Shown: positions 1-13,809, counted from the first letter of the whole stretch. The stretch: DNA of 63,588 bases, filler included, from Hydrolagus affinis (GCA_012026655.1; 4 parts of 4 records of this genome joined end to end with filler, not necessarily neighbours in it); one strand, 5' to 3'. Notes: generated by a model not told the origin, from the letters alone. Program-made: numbers and translations.

Positions 1-143
1 AGCTGAGTTCAATGCCCATTTTACTGTTTGAGTAATTTGATCTCACTTCCAATTGTGAAAAGATTGAGAGCAAGAAATCTCATTAGTTTGGAGGTCATTT
101 TCACTATTACTATAACTGGAATATAACAGTACTCTGCTCACCC

Positions 144-520
144 TTGTTTTCAAATCCCTCCACTCCTCTGCACCCCCCTATCTCTCTGATCTCCCCTCTC
201 CCCAAACAAGCACCCGCTGCCTTCGTTCCTCTGGGTCTGGCCTCCTCCATGTCCCCGAATCCTCCGCTCCACCCTCGGCGGCCGTGCCTTCAGCCACTAT
301 GCCCCGAGGCTCTGGAACTCCCTTCCTCACCTCCTTCACCTCGCCCCCTCTCTTCTCAGTTTCAGTTCACAGCTGAAGACCTTTGTCTTCGATCGCGCCT
401 TTGGTCACCTTTCTGCCCCTGCCCCTGGCTCGGTCCCGGGATCTGCTATTGTAAAGCGCTCTGAGACACCGTCCGGCGTGGAGGGCGCTATATAAATCAA
501 AGTTGTTGTTGTTGCTGTCT
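144..520 (+). mobile_element. L2-type LINE 3' end fragment
   Basis: Degenerate ORF2 C-terminus plus tail AAAGCGCTCTGAGAC...GGCGCTATATAAATCAAAGTTGTTGTTG, shared with many other copies in the window. Confidence 0.7.
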
Positions 521-794
521 GGCTTGGCTCCTCCATTTTCTAAATGATACAGGAAAACCGGGAAAGGAATTTGCTGACATTGAGTGACATTGGGAAACAT
601 TATATTCAAATAAAATAAAGGTAAAGCTAAAGAAACCAGATCAAAGAAACAAATTGCAATGAGCAGAAAATGATCTGTGATATTGATAAGACATTTGACT
701 GCACTGCATTTCATCGACTGCTTGGGGGCACTCAAGTGACGTGACCAAATCTTTGTACTTTAGGTTTCTTACATTTATTTCATGCTGAATGTAT

Positions 795-1120
795 TAATAA
801 TAATCCTTGATTTGATATAACGCTTTTCATAATCACTTTTTATCGACGTCTCAAAGCGCTTCACAGAATATACTGTAAAGTGAATTGACTGTACGTTTGT
901 GGGCGAAACGCGGCAGCCAATTGCGCACAGCAACGTCCCACAAACAGTCGTGGATTGATAATGACCAATTTTTATTATTGTGTTGTTTTTGGACGGATTA
1001 TTATTAGGCGTGAGGAGCAAGGAAAGTTGCCCAAGGTTTCGACCTGATCTGCCTGGATTCGAACACAGGTCTCATGCTTGTAAGGCAAGTGCTTTAAACA
1101 CTGAGCTACAGGAGCTCCAC
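795..1120 (-). mobile_element. tRNA-derived SINE, DeuSINE/SacSINE1-like (representative copy; many more, e.g. 10760-11075, 13480-13800, 18300-18603, 19510-19812, 27375-27690, 48410-48700)
   Basis: tRNA-like head with A box (TAGCTCAGTG) and B box (GTTCGAATC), central TGTTTGTGGGACG..GCGCAATTGGCTGCCGCGTTTC domain, and L2-like tail ending in (ATT)n. Confidence 0.75.
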
Positions 1121-1869
1121 ATATACTGCAATCCCAATTTCCAAAAATAATTCAGTGATTATCTGCACTACAGAAAAGCATAAGCAATAGAAGCAAATTA
1201 CTACTGGAAACGAGCACAAAGCATACAAGTGTTGCAGTGATTCCCAGGTGGATCAGATTTCGGAAATCAGATTTCTGCTTGTGGACAGAATGAGGTGTTC
1301 AGCAAATTGGACACCACACCATGAGAAGCTATGTACATATAAATTGCTGTCTCCCAATTTATTCCCTCCTGACCTGCCTTACTTTCGGTGGCTGAGCTTT
1401 CAGCTTCTCTGCCCCCACCCTTGCCTCCTTCGAAGCCTGTCTGAAGTCCCTTCTTTTTGATCGTGCCTTCAGCCTCCCCCACTACCTCTCTAGCTCTCCC
1501 TTATCCCAACCCTGCCACGCTCTCCATGCTTGGGTCCTGACACCAACTGTTCAACACCTTTGGACATATTCCTGACGTGACAGGCGATCTAGAAAAGTAA
1601 TTTTGTTGTTGTTGTCTCATGTAAAATCTGTGTTTGGGGTGTTGGACAGTGCACATACTCTAATAATAATCCGTCCAAAAAAAAGCAACACAATAATACA
1701 ATCGGTAATTTCAATCCACGACTGTTTGTGGGACACCACTGTGTGCAATTGGCTGTCGCGTTTCACCCATAAATATACAGTCAATTCACTTTACAGTATA
1801 TTCTGTGAAGCGCTTTGAGACGTCTAGAAGACGTGAAAAGTGCTATATCAACTGCAAGGATTATTATGG

Positions 1870-2450
1870 AAAGAGGTGAAAGGGCAGGTATTGCAACTCC
1901 TGCACTGGCATGGGAAGGTGCCGGGGGAAGGAGAGCAACGTTGATGGTGATGGAGGAATAAACCAGTGAGTCATGGAGGGAATGGTACCTTCAGAATGCT
2001 GAGAGGGGAGGGAAAGGTGTATTTGGTGGATGGATCATGCTGGAGTTGCAGGAAATGATGGAGGATGTTAAGTCTGGTTGGGTGGAAGGTGAGGGACATT
2101 ACTACATTACTCGTGGGAGGGACCTATCCTATTTCTGGGAAGAGGGGGAAGGAGTGCAGGCAGAGGTGGAGGAAACAAAGCAGATAAGATCAAGGGCCCT
2201 GCCTTCTACAGTGCATGGGAATCCTCGGTCAAGGGAAATGTAACACATTTCAGATGCCCTGGTGTGAAAGTTGGCATTGTCAGAGCAGATGCGGAGACAG
2301 AGGAACTGGGAAAAGGGAATGAAGGCAGGATGGGAGGAGGTGTAGTCCAGGTAACTGGAAGTTGGTGGGCTTGTGAAAGATTTCTGTAGATAATCTATGC
2401 CCCGAGATGGAAATGGTGAAGTTCAGGAAGGGAACAGAGATGGATAATAA
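1870..2450 (-). mobile_element. Penelope-like retroelement RT fragment (degenerate)
   Basis: Minus-strand translation VPFLNFTISISGHRLSTEIFHKPT matches the PLE RT motif LPFLD...LSTDIYYKPT; frameshifted. Confidence 0.6.
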
Positions 2451-5201
2451 TAATAATATGTGAAAATCCCACGTCTCATTAAATGTTGAAGTCACTAGTC
2501 ACAACTGTGTAAGCCTGATTGACTTCATCACCCATAGGGATAAAAAACAATCACTGATTCCACTTATTCCCATTATATATTGACCACTCTGGGGTGTAGA
2601 TGTCCAGTTATGCTTGTTGTGATGCTGTTGATGGTGAATTAGCCTGCACACACACACACACACACATACACACACACGCACGCACACACACACACTGTCT
2701 ATCTCGCTAGTGAAGATTGGGCCTTTGCGCATACTACAGAGGGAATAGAGGGCAGCATCCAACAACAGCTACAACAATTTGAATTATACACTGTGCCCCT
2801 CATGCAGGGTAGCGTCCTAAGGCACTTAAACATGCTGGAGGAGAACATATAATGAAAACACATTTCAAAATTCATCCTGCTCAGATGTGTTTATAATGTC
2901 ATTTATATTTGTACACTGAACTCCCCCCTCACCCCCCACCACCACCAATTTACAACTTAGTTGAATGATAAGCATTGTAGCAGAGTATCTGTCAATCAAA
3001 TAAGTCAATTGAAGGTTTTGTCCAGTAAAATTAAATTGTATAGCTTTGGGTTCCTGATTTGAATCCGGTCTAAAACGGGTCACTGCTGTGCACAATTGTC
3101 TGCCATATTTCATCCACAAATTTACAGTCAATTCACTTTACAGTATATTCTGTGAAGCGCTTTGAGACAGCAATAAGATGCGAAAAGCGCTATATCAAGT
3201 GCAAAGAATTATTATTATTATTATGACATTACAGTTCCCCACTAAAGCATTCTACACAGAATGATCTTGACTAATAAGCACAAAGCATAAAACTGGTTCC
3301 AAAGTTAGGACAAATTGTAATGAAATTGGGAGGTATAGTCCACAATAATGAATTGCTGGGATTTGAGAAATCGTACCAGTGGATACTGGGCATCCTCCGA
3401 TAACTATTTTAAATTTGCGACACACTGAATTTTTATACAAAATGTAGTATTTAAACAGTATGATACTAAAAAAAAATCAAACATTGACTTTGAATAAAGA
3501 TTTTTAAAGCAAACCTCCTATAGTGGCATTCTTGGCGGAGGTGAACATGTTCCTGACCTATGCAAACTATTGGCATTACATTAAGCAAACATCAGTATAT
3601 CAGTAAAAAGCAATTACGTCAACATCTAATATCCTTTGTCTCTTCAATCCATGTGGACAGCCAGTGACTGACTATTTTGCTGATTCATCGTTACCTCAGT
3701 GTACAGTACATTGTTGTCATTATGTACGATTCGATTTTCTGTAGAACCGGTCAGGTCTAATGTACATCAACTTCTTGATCTGGAAGGTAATGAGTTAAGC
3801 AGTTAGTTTATTGTCTTCACAATTGGGAAATTAAAAATTATGATTGGCAACGTTTTTGAAGTTTAACATAGTTCAGTTATTAAAAATTGCACTCCATTTA
3901 TTTTGGGGCCTGTTGACTCAGAAAGTTCAGTATATATATATATATATATATATAGTGCCTCTAAATATACACAACTTTTCTCGTTCTTTTTGGAGATTTG
4001 TGCTACTGGAATGCTGGAGTTTATCCAAATAATAGTTTGCTATTGGAAGACTTTCTACTGGTTTCCCAGCTAGTATAACCCTACCCATGAGGGCTTTTGC
4101 TTGTAGGATTGGAAAAGCTGAGTGGGAAAAATCCTTGCCTCTCTGTCTTGCTGACCAGTCAGGTTGGCTGTTTTGTCATCAGCAGTGCCCCCTGTGGACA
4201 CTCATATCTCAGGAACTGAACCGCTGAGATTGCTGCAGAGAATTGATTGAATTCCAATGTTCTGATGCCAAGTATATAATCTTGGAACAGGATCAGCTCC
4301 ATGGAGAATCCTGCTCTATCCCACTCTCCTCAGATAATAATAATTAGCGTTGCATTTCATATAGAGTCTTATCACACCATTAAGATGTCTTAAAGTTCAT
4401 CATAGGACACTCAGTAAAGTGGATTGACTGTGCATTTCATCGCCAAAAAACAGCCAGTTGTGCAATATAATATCCTGCAAATAACCAAGGAGAGAGTAAC
4501 CAATTTTTTATTTAAATGATGTTAGCCAGGGCATTTGAGAAACTCCCCTCTCTTCTCAAATAGTGTGGTGAGATCTTAAAATTCACCTAACAGGCAGATA
4601 GGACCTGTAGACATAATACAAAAGCAACAAATCATAGATTAATTGTAGGATATTTTCAGAAAACAAACTTGCAAAGATAGATTGATCACATTATTATGTT
4701 ACATTTGACACAGCCACAGAATGATATAAATATACCACATTTTCGCAATATTGAGCTTGACTTTTTCTCTATTTTCCTAGAATAAACAATACGAACATTT
4801 TCACAATAAATCATTGTCTCAGGAAGTAAATGCAACTAAGCCAACACCCACTCAGAATGGCATCTCACGTGATTTCTCAGACCGCAATTCCAGGGAATCT
4901 CACTCATTCCTTTTAATACTGTATTATAATTTCTTTAAGGCTTTGGAATCAGTAATGGTGGGTACAATGCTGAAATTATTTTAGAAATATCCATTCGCTT
5001 TCAACTCAATCTGTGATTTTCTTGCATTTCAAGAAATAAAAACCTATTGCACTAATTGGTAGCTGTAAAAAGTCTAATGGCATCAAAATCTTACTGTTAA
5101 CACATTGGATACCACAACTTTCTATTCTATTAAAAGTCTTTTCTATTCTCTCAAAGGATCTTTTGACATTTTCCTTTCCTCTGAATCAAAACGTTGTGGG
5201 T

Positions 5202-5260
5202 TCAACAACAAATTGTATTCACATACATAGTGCCCTTCATGTGGGTAGCAACTTGGAGTG
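5202..5260 (-). CDS. Candidate terminal cytoplasmic exon of gene C: (T)LQVATHMKGTMYVNTICC*
   Basis: Acceptor TTTTTAAG at 5261-5268; phase-1 entry matches the phase-1 end of the TM exon; short open frame with a Tyr motif. No second copy to confirm it. Confidence 0.3.
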
Positions 5261-5580
5261 CTTAAAAATTGTGTGGTTGAAGCTGTGCTGGAAAGAGGGG
5301 AAGTAAATGAAAGGACAGTCAGAGAGGAAACTCTTAAGGTGTGATTTTGCAAAATGTAGTGATTGAGGCAGAGATTTGGGGCATAGTGTGTAAAGTATGG
5401 CCACCGATAGTGGAACAGAGGGTTCGAGTGACATGTAGGTGACCCCTGCCAGCTGAGTGAAGGCAGAGCAGTGGGTAAAAATAATAAAATAATAATTTAG
5501 TTTTTCACATTATCTAGATGTCCGAAGAGCTTCACGCAATAGATTGTAAAGTGAATTGACTGTGTACTTTGTCGGCAAAA

Positions 5581-6800
5581 CAACAACAACAATAACTTGG
5601 ATTTATATAGCGCCCTCCAAGTAGGACGGCGTCTCGGAGTGCTTCCCAATAGCAGATCCCACGGCAGAGCCAGGGGAGGGGGAAAAAGGTGACTGAAAGC
5701 GCAGTCGCAAAGAAAGGTCTTTAGCAGAGACCTGAAAGTAAGAAGGGAGGGAGCAAGGTGAAGGGAGTGAGGAAGGGAGTTCCAGAGCCTCGGGGCCTAG
5801 TGGCTGAAGGTATGGCCGTTGATGGTGGAGCAGAGAATTCGGGGGACAAGGAAGAGGCCAGACCCGGTAGAGTGAAGGCAATGGGTATGGTTGTGAGGAG
5901 AGAGGAGGTCAAAGAGGTATGGGGTGTAGAGGAGTGGAGACATTTGTAAACAAGACTGAGGATCTTGAAATCGATCCTCTCCGGGACAGGGAGCCAGTAC
6001 AGTCTGGCAAGGACTGGGATAATTGGGGAGTGGAGTTTGGTACGGGTAAGAATGCGGACGGCAGAATTCTGGATGACCTGCATTGTATGAATGGTAACGG
6101 AGGGGAGACCGGTGAGGAGGGCATTTGAATAGTCCAGCCGAGAGGTAGCAAAGGCATGGACCAAGGTTTTGGCGGCTTTTGGGGTGAGATATTGGTGGAG
6201 GGGCGATGCATCGGAGACAGAAGAAAGTGGTGCTGGTGAGGGACGGATGTTGGGGAGGAAGGATAATTAGGGATCAAATCTGACACCCACGTTGCATATG
6301 GGTTCAGAAAGTTTCAGATCGGGTATTTGGAGGAGGTGAGAGCCATGGGATTGAAGAAGTTGACGAGAGCCAAAGATTATGGCTTCCATCTTGTCAACAT
6401 TGAGCTGAAGGAAATTGGCGCTCATCCAGCTCCTGATGTCTGACAGGCAGGCTGACAGAACATCAGGGGACTGAGGGTTGCAAAGTGAGGTGGACAAATA
6501 GAGTTGGGTGGCATCCGCCTACATGTGGAATTGTTCCCCATTTCTGCGGATGACATCCCCAAGAGGGAGCATGTGGATTAGGAAGAGGAGGGGGCCAAGG
6601 ATGGATCCTTGGGGTATCCCGCAGGTAACTGGGAGGAAACATTGTTTGTATAGATGTACCGCTGGTGGTTTGTGAGGTAGGACTCGAACCAACAAGTGCG
6701 GTCCCACTGAGGTGGATGACGGAGGACAGGCAGTGGAGGAGCATGTTGGGTCAAAAGTGGAGGAGAGGTTACCAGGGTGCCAATGGAGTCTGTCTAGCAA
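5581..6800 (-). mobile_element. L2 LINE, RT domain and 3' end
   Basis: ORF fragments [29 protein letters not shown] and HAFATSRLDYSNALL...LYWLPVPERIDFKIL; (GTT)n tail. Confidence 0.85.
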
Positions 6801-7177
6801 CGGGGAACCAGTAGAGTCTAGCTAGGTCCATCTTGGTGGTTGAACTCATTTTGCCTAGGCTGGACGATTGCATTGTTGAAGATACAGTGTTTCGTGTGAA
6901 ATATTAAATCAAGGTCCCATCTGTCTGTTCAGATGGATGATAAGGAGCGCGTGGCACTACTCCAAAAGAGAAGGAAGTTTCTTCTGGTGTCCAGACCAAC
7001 AATCACCCAAATATAGTTTGTCATTCACTTTGTGGCTGTTTGTTGGACAATATTGCAGGCAGATGTGATGCCACATTTGCCTGCTAAATACACAATAACT
7101 ACAATAATGATGTGAAGTGATTGAAGACATCACCCAGATTTGAAAGACATGAAATACTAGGATTATCAGTAACTTAC

Positions 7178-7291
7178 TTCCACAGTTGTTGAATTGACAT
7201 TGTTTCCAAATGATGAAGAGCAGGACAAGAAATGCAAACCCAGCCCCTCCACATCCAAATATCCATAAGGAAAGGGGAATATCGTTAATGG
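7178..7291 (-). CDS. Gene C transmembrane exon: (A)INDIPLSLWIFGCGGAGFAFLVLLFIIWKQCQFNNCG
   Basis: TCTTACAG acceptor, GTAAGT donor, 114 nt, phase 1-1, hydrophobic stretch followed by K; same strand and phase as the upstream C1 exon. Confidence 0.75.
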
Positions 7292-7639
7292 CTGTAAGAC
7301 AGTATAAAACATAAAGAATTTTAAAAAAAAACCAACAGCACCACAACTTTGGCTGTTTACCTCGAATTTATCATTAAAAACAATGCAGCGTTGCTGCCAA
7401 GATATCTATTTTTTAATTTTCCACATGTAGAAATCAGATCATGTGCTCTGAACTTCTAGTCTGGGGGAAATGTTACATTTTTAAGAGAAAATTGTCTTTT
7501 TATTGATCAGTTGATCGTTCAGCACCTTGGAAAGTCCTCCTGCCATGAAAGGCATTCTCTAGCATTTCATGAAAGGTGCCATACAAATGTGCAGTTTGTT
7601 GTTGTTGTTGTCGTCATTCTATTTATCAGTTGAGAATAC

Positions 7640-8780
7640 AGTAAATATTATTGGAGGAGAGGATGGGTGAGGCATGGGAAGGTGAATGGAGGAGATGGTT
7701 TGTGGTGGAGAAGAGGAGCCTGGGGTTATCCTTTGCCTCCAAGATTAACTTGGAGTAGAAAAAAGATTTAGTGGCTTGAGGGATGAGAGTTGGCTGATGT
7801 ACCAGGGGGAATTTACAGGAGTAAGAGAAGGTTCACGATGTGAGGGGGGACAAGGGAGTTGAGGATGGAGGAGAGGGATTTGCCAAGAAAAGAGGGCGAA
7901 GAGGGTAAGTCGGTTTGTGAGGGCCAGAGTGGCAGGAGTTCAGATGATTCCAGGGCAGCAGAGAGGGAGGGGAGGGAGATTTTTTCCAGGGGCCATAGGT
8001 GATAGCAGAGGATTGAGTAGGGGGAAGGCGTATGGAGGTTTTAAGGGAGATAAAGTGGCGGTCTGAAATGGCTTTATCAGTGATGGTGAAGTCCGAGATG
8101 GTAACCTGGGTGACCACCTGGTTAAGGGTGTGGTCATGGACATGTGTGGTGGAGTGAATGTGGATGGAGAGGTTAAAGGAGGAGGAGGGAGGAGAAGTCA
8201 CCAGTGGTAGAGCAGGAGGGGGTGTAGTGCCTAAAATTAGAAGGTGTTCAGAGCAGAGGGAGAGGGAAGATACGAGGGTGGAGATGTCCGAGAGGAAGGT
8301 GGTGGGGGGTTTGGAGGGATGATAGAGAAGGAGGATTTTGAGGGAGAGACTAGAGGGGTGGTAGTGAGTAAGGTACTCAAAGGAGAGGAAGCTTCTGGAG
8401 GAGAAAGAGAAAAGGCCAAGGTGGGACTGGGAGATGAGAACCATACCATCACCATGGCGGTTAGGCCATGGGGTTTGATGAAAGGTGTGGCCGGGTGGTG
8501 TGGCCTCAATAAGGGGAAGGTGTCCTCACTCCTGAGGACAGCACAGCCAGCCTGGCTTATCAGCAGGATCTAAAAGGGCAGACCAGTGACCAGGGGCAGA
8601 GAAGTATTCCCACTCACCTCCTCTTAGCCCTGTAAGCCAAAGCCCTAAATGGTAGGGTCATCTTAGCTGGACTAGCAGTGGGGAAGCTAGCCAGATGGCA
8701 CTATCAATGGCAAGTTATGTGGTTTTGGCTGGTTAGACTCCAGCATTTACCCTAACGCACAGTCTGGGGTCTCCAAGCCT
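7640..8780 (-). mobile_element. L2 LINE 5' part with APE endonuclease remnant
   Basis: Translation SFEYLTHYHPSSLSLKILLLYHPSK...LSLCSEHLLILG resembles the L2 endonuclease; many frameshifts. Confidence 0.6.
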
Positions 8781-9059
8781 TGGCTCTCGCTAACCTGGGC
8801 CTACTACTCTTGCGGAATTAGGTAAACAGGATCCATCCCTTCAGGGAGAGAGTGCACACATTCCTTTCCAACAATGTATCTCTGGGATTTCCACACCCTC
8901 AGGACTCCATTCCTGTAGCTCAGTGGTTAGGGCACTCGCCTCACAAGCGAGAGACCTTGGGTTCGATTCTAGGCAGGGTGAAACCTAGGGCAAGTTTTGT
9001 TACTCCCCACTCCTAACAATAATCTCTCAAGGAAAAAACAATAATACATTGGTCACTCA

Positions 9060-9880
9060 ATCCAAGACTGCAACAACAACAAAATGACATTTGTATAGCG
9101 CCTTTCACGTCAGGAGGACGTCCCAAAGCGCTAGACAGATACTACTTCAGACCTGAGGTGGGGACAGGGGGTGGGGAGGTGGGGAGAAGTTGCCGATGCA
9201 TCCATCGAAGAGGAGAGTCTTGAGGCGAGACTTGTAAGAGGACAGGGAGGAGGGCCGAGGTGGAAGGACTTTGGGATGGAGTTCCAGAGGTTGGGGACAG
9301 AGTGACTGAAGGCTTGCCCACCAATGGTTGGGCGGGTGGGTTGGGGGACATGGAGCAGACCAGAGGCTGCTAAATGGAGGGGGCGGGCAGGTTGGTAAGG
9401 GGTTAGCAGGTCACGGATGTAGGATGGGGCGAGGTTATGGAGGGCTTTAGATGTGAGGACCAGGATCTTGAATTGGATCCTCTGGATGATGGGGAGCAAA
9501 TGGGGTCAGGCAAGGATGGTGGACATGGGCTCCTGGAGTTTGGAATAGTAGAGGACATGGGCTACAGAGTTCTGGATTATCTGCAGCCTGTGGAGGGAGA
9601 AATTGGGAAGGCCGACCGACAAGGCATTTGCAGAATCGAACCGGGATGTAATGAAGGCATGGATGAGGGTTTCAATGGCTTTAGGGGTGAGGTAATGGTG
9701 GAGTCAGGAAATGTTGCGGAGGTGGGGAAAGCAGAACGAGTCATTGCTTGAATGTGATGGAGGAAAGACATTTGAAGGTCGAACAAGACACCTGATCCCC
9801 CATCACCTTGCTTCCCTCCACCCTCCCTATTCCGACCCCAGTGCCTTGGGATGTCCTCCCGACGTGAAGGACTCTCTAGA
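9060..9880 (-). mobile_element. L2 LINE 3' fragment
   Basis: RIQFKILVLTSKALHNLAPSYIRDLL...TIGGQAFSHSVPNLWNSIP. Confidence 0.75.
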
Positions 9881-11099
9881 AATGTAATTTTGTTGTTGTT
9901 GAAACAATGACTGTCCGGCGCCTTGGCACGTCCTCCCGACATGAAAGTCACTATACAAATAATTTAGGTGGTGTTGTTGCACTGCAAGAGATGATTTTCT
10001 TCAGATAAGATGTTAAACTGAGTTTCCATCTGCGTGTTTCGGCGGATGTCAATAGTGGCACTATTTGAAAAGAGAAGATAGTTTCTCTCAGTATTCTGGC
10101 CATCTCCCAAGTAAAATTGTTGACTCACTCCATAGTTGTTTATGGGACACTGTTGTTGTGCGCAACTGGCTGTCGATCCTCATCCTTGTCTTCAAATCCC
10201 TCCACTCCTCTGCAGCCCCCTACCTCTCTGACCTCCTCTCTCCTCAAACCAGCACCCATTGCCTTCACTCCACCAGGTCTGGCCTCCTCCATGTCCCTGA
10301 ATCCTCCGCTCCACCCTCGGTGACCGTGCCTTCAGCCACTATGCCCCGAGACTCTGTAATTCCCTTCCTCATTCCCTTCGCCTCGCCCCCTCTTTTCCCA
10401 GTTTCAGGTCCCAGCTGAAGACTTTCTCTTCGACCGCGCCTTTGGTCACCTTTGTACCTCTGCACCTGGCTCGGTCCCAGGGTCCGCTATTGTGAAGCGT
10501 TCTGAGACGCCGTTGGGCGTGGCTATATAAATCAAAGTTGTTGTTGTATTTCATCTACAGAAATAGACAATTAATCCACTTGATGGTATATCCTGTGGAG
10601 TGCTTTGAGGTATCTCAACCATGTTATAAGTTGCTAAATCAAATGCAACCATTTATATTATTATTCTTAACATTATAAGTATTTTTGAATAGTGACACAA
10701 GATCTTTAACATCCACCCAAACAGGCAGATGGAACCTTGGTTTAATGTCTCATCTGACGGATAATAATAATAATCCTTGAATTTGATATAGTGCTTTTTA
10801 CATCTTATCGATGTCTCAAAGCACCTCACCGAATATACCATAAAGTGAATTGACTGTATATTTGTGAGTGAAACGCAACAGCCAATTGTGTGCAGCAGTG
10901 TCCCATGAACAGTTGTGGATTGAAAATGACCAATTTTTGTTATTTTTTGGGGGAACGGATTATTACTAGGCATGTGGAGTAAGGAAACTTGCCCAAGGTT
11001 TTGCCCTGATCTGCCTGGATTCGAACACAGGTTTCACGCTTGTAAGGCGAGTGCTCTAAACACTGAGCTACAGGATGGCGCCACTGTTAATGCAATATA

Positions 11100-11735
11100 A
11101 CAACAACAACTTCGATTTATATAGCGCCCTCCATGCCGTACGGCGTCTCAGAGCACTTCATAATAACGGATCCTGTGGCAGAGCCAAAGAGAGGGGAATA
11201 AGGTAACCAAAAGTGTGGTCGAAAAAAAAGGTCTTTAGCTGTGACCTGAAAATGGGAAAAGAGAGGGCAAGGCAAAGGGAGTGAGGAAGGGAGTTCCAGA
11301 GCCTCAGGGTGTAATGGCTGAAGACAGGGAGCCAGTGAAGTCTGGCAAGGACTGGGTAATCGGGGAGTGAAGTTTGGTAAGGGTGAGCATGCGGGCGGCG
11401 GACTGTTGGATTTTGTGAGTGGTGGCGGAGGGGAGACTGGCGAGGAGGGCATTTGAATAGTTCAGCCGAGAGGTAACAAAGGCATGGACCAGTGTTTCGG
11501 CAGCTTTTGGGGTGAGATATTGGCGGAGATGGGTGATGGAAGAAAGCAGTGCTGGTAAGGGACCGGATGTGGGGGAGGAAAGAAAATTGGGGCTCGAACC
11601 TGACGCCTAAGTTGCGTACGGGTTCAGAGAGTTTTAGGGGAAGGTCGGGTAAGTGGAGGAGGTGAGAGCCGTGGGATTGAAGATGTCGACGAGAGCCTAA
11701 GAGTATGGCTTCCATCTTGTCAACATTGAGCTGAA
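11100..11735 (-). mobile_element. L2 LINE 3' fragment
   Basis: MEAILLGSRRHL...VRNLGVRFEPQFSFLPHI...LWNSLPHSL; paralogous to 5581-6800. Confidence 0.75.
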
Positions 11736-11967
11736 TATATCAATATGTTAGTTCTCCTTGAGGCTGAATTGACTCCAAGGTGAAATGCCTCACAGTGGAA
11801 TGGTGCAATGATGCCAGTGCTCTAATGGTAGTCTCGATAGTCTGGTTCCTGAGGCAGGTCCTCAGTATTCCAAGTCACTGCTCACCTAGCATTGCACTGA
11901 AGTGAGCTGAGTCTACGAGCCCAAAGATTCAATAGATATCTATGTTTAGAGAAATAAACGATCTTAC

Positions 11968-12279
11968 CTTGTTTAGAATCAGAAACAGTGTAAATAGCAA
12001 TGATTGGAGCTTTGAGGCTCAGGTGAGATACCAGACAGGTGTAAACAGTCCCTCTGTGGACAGGCTTTGTCTCTTCCAAGAAGCTTGAAGCTTTATAATC
12101 TCTCCCACCTCTCCCAAGCTGTTTGATTGTATTCACAGCCACAACATTCTTATCATCTTTATACCAAGTGATAGTGATATCTTCTGGGTAAAACTCATCC
12201 GTTTCACAAACTAGAGTCAGAGAGGTGGTTGAGTTCCCGTTAGACACTTTCGAGATTATTTTAGGATGCATCGGGGTAG
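11968..12279 (-). CDS. Gene C C1-set Ig domain exon
   Basis: 312 nt, phase 1-1, TTTTTTCACAG acceptor and GTAAGA donor; TLVCETDEFYPEDITITWYKD...YKASSFL...YTCLVSHLSL is the C1-set signature (C-x5-YP, W, YxCxVxH). Confidence 0.9.
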
Positions 12280-13809
12280 CTGTGAAAAAACAGAATAGAG
12301 AAGGAACATGCAAACCATATAATTTTGGAAACTGGAGCATTTATTCTCCAAAATATTCCATCCTTCCAGTGCAGTACAGTGATACAGACTATAATATTTC
12401 TGGGAACTGTTGAAATTTTCTTTAGGAATATCTTGAAATTAAATTGCTGTTACTAACATTAATGGAAATAATTTGACTATGTTGCAACAATGAATGAAAC
12501 AACAACTTGCATTTATATAGCGCCCTCCACGCTAGACGGAATCTCAGAGCGCTTCACAATAGCAGAGCCCGGGTCTGAGCCAGAGGGCGGGGGAAGGTGA
12601 CTTTAGGCGCACTCGAACAGAAAGGTCTTCAGGCGCGACCTGAGATGGAAAAATGAGGGGCTGAGGTGAAGGAATTGAGGGAGGGCGTTCCAGAGTTTCG
12701 GGACGTAGAGGCTGAAGGCATGGCTGCTGATGGTGGAGCGGAGGATTCGGAGAACGAGGAGGAGACCAGACCCAGTAGAGCGGAGGCAGTGGGTACTGCT
12801 GTGAGGAGAGAGGAAGTTAGAGAGGTAGGGGTGTGCAGAGGAGTGGAGGGATTTAAATACAAGAGTAAGGATCTTGAAGTCGATCTATTTTGTGACAGTG
12901 AAGTCTGGCGATTACTGGGGTAATCGGGGAGCGAAGGTTAATTCGGAAACAGCTGTAAGAGGCATAAGAGCTATAATACAGCAGTAGTAATGACAAAGGT
13001 TGAACTTGTAAATAGGGTTTCACAACTGTTAGTAGATGTATTCTATTACTCGACTACATTAGGAAGCTTAATGCACGAATGCTGCGGCTGGGTGGGTAAG
13101 GTTGATTAGATGATTTGACATCCTCCCTACGTGAAAGACCCAATATACAATAAATATAATTTGTATTTTATTATCAACAACACTCCGAGATTCAATGTAC
13201 ATCATTTTATATTTGTAATTTGTCAAGTTAGAGCGCTCTCCTCATAACTGAGAGACCTGAGTTTGATTCCCAGCGGGGTGAATTGTTGAGCAACTTTCTT
13301 TAGTCCACATTCTTCTGTTTACCTAGTAGTAAGTAGTTGATTGATAGATTGCTGTTCTGGGTGTAATAATTCCTTGAAAAAAATAATAACAACGATAAAT
13401 TGGTCACTTCAATCCATGATTATTTATGGGACACTGCTGCGTTTCACCCACCAAACACAGGTTCGGCCTCACCTGGAACATTAATAATAATAATCCTTTC
13501 ATTTTGATATAGTGCTTTTCATATCTTGTCAACGTCTCAAAGTGCTTCACAGAATACACTGTAAAGTGAATTGAATGTATATTTGTGGGCGAAACGTGGC
13601 AGCCCATTGCGCACAGCAGCGTCCCACAAACAGTCATGGATTGAAATGACCAATTTTATTATTGTGTTTTTTTTGGAGCGATTATTATTAGGCGTTTGGA
13701 GTAAGGAAACCGCCCAAGATTTCGCCCTGATCTGCCTGGATTCGAACAAAGGTCTCACACTTGTAAGGCGAGTGCTCTAACTACTGAGCTACTGGACTCC
13801 ACATGAGAA

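Noticed and set aside
795-1120. tRNA genes suggested by A/B boxes and cloverleaf-like heads
   Set aside because: Each continues into the same SINE body and tail, and the anticodon region varies between copies; these are SINE heads
3252-3440. Minus-strand ORF with IHYCGL (ITIM-like) as an alternative gene C tail
   Set aside because: Phase-compatible but weak acceptor, long hydrophobic low-information frame and no corroboration; cannot be preferred over chance
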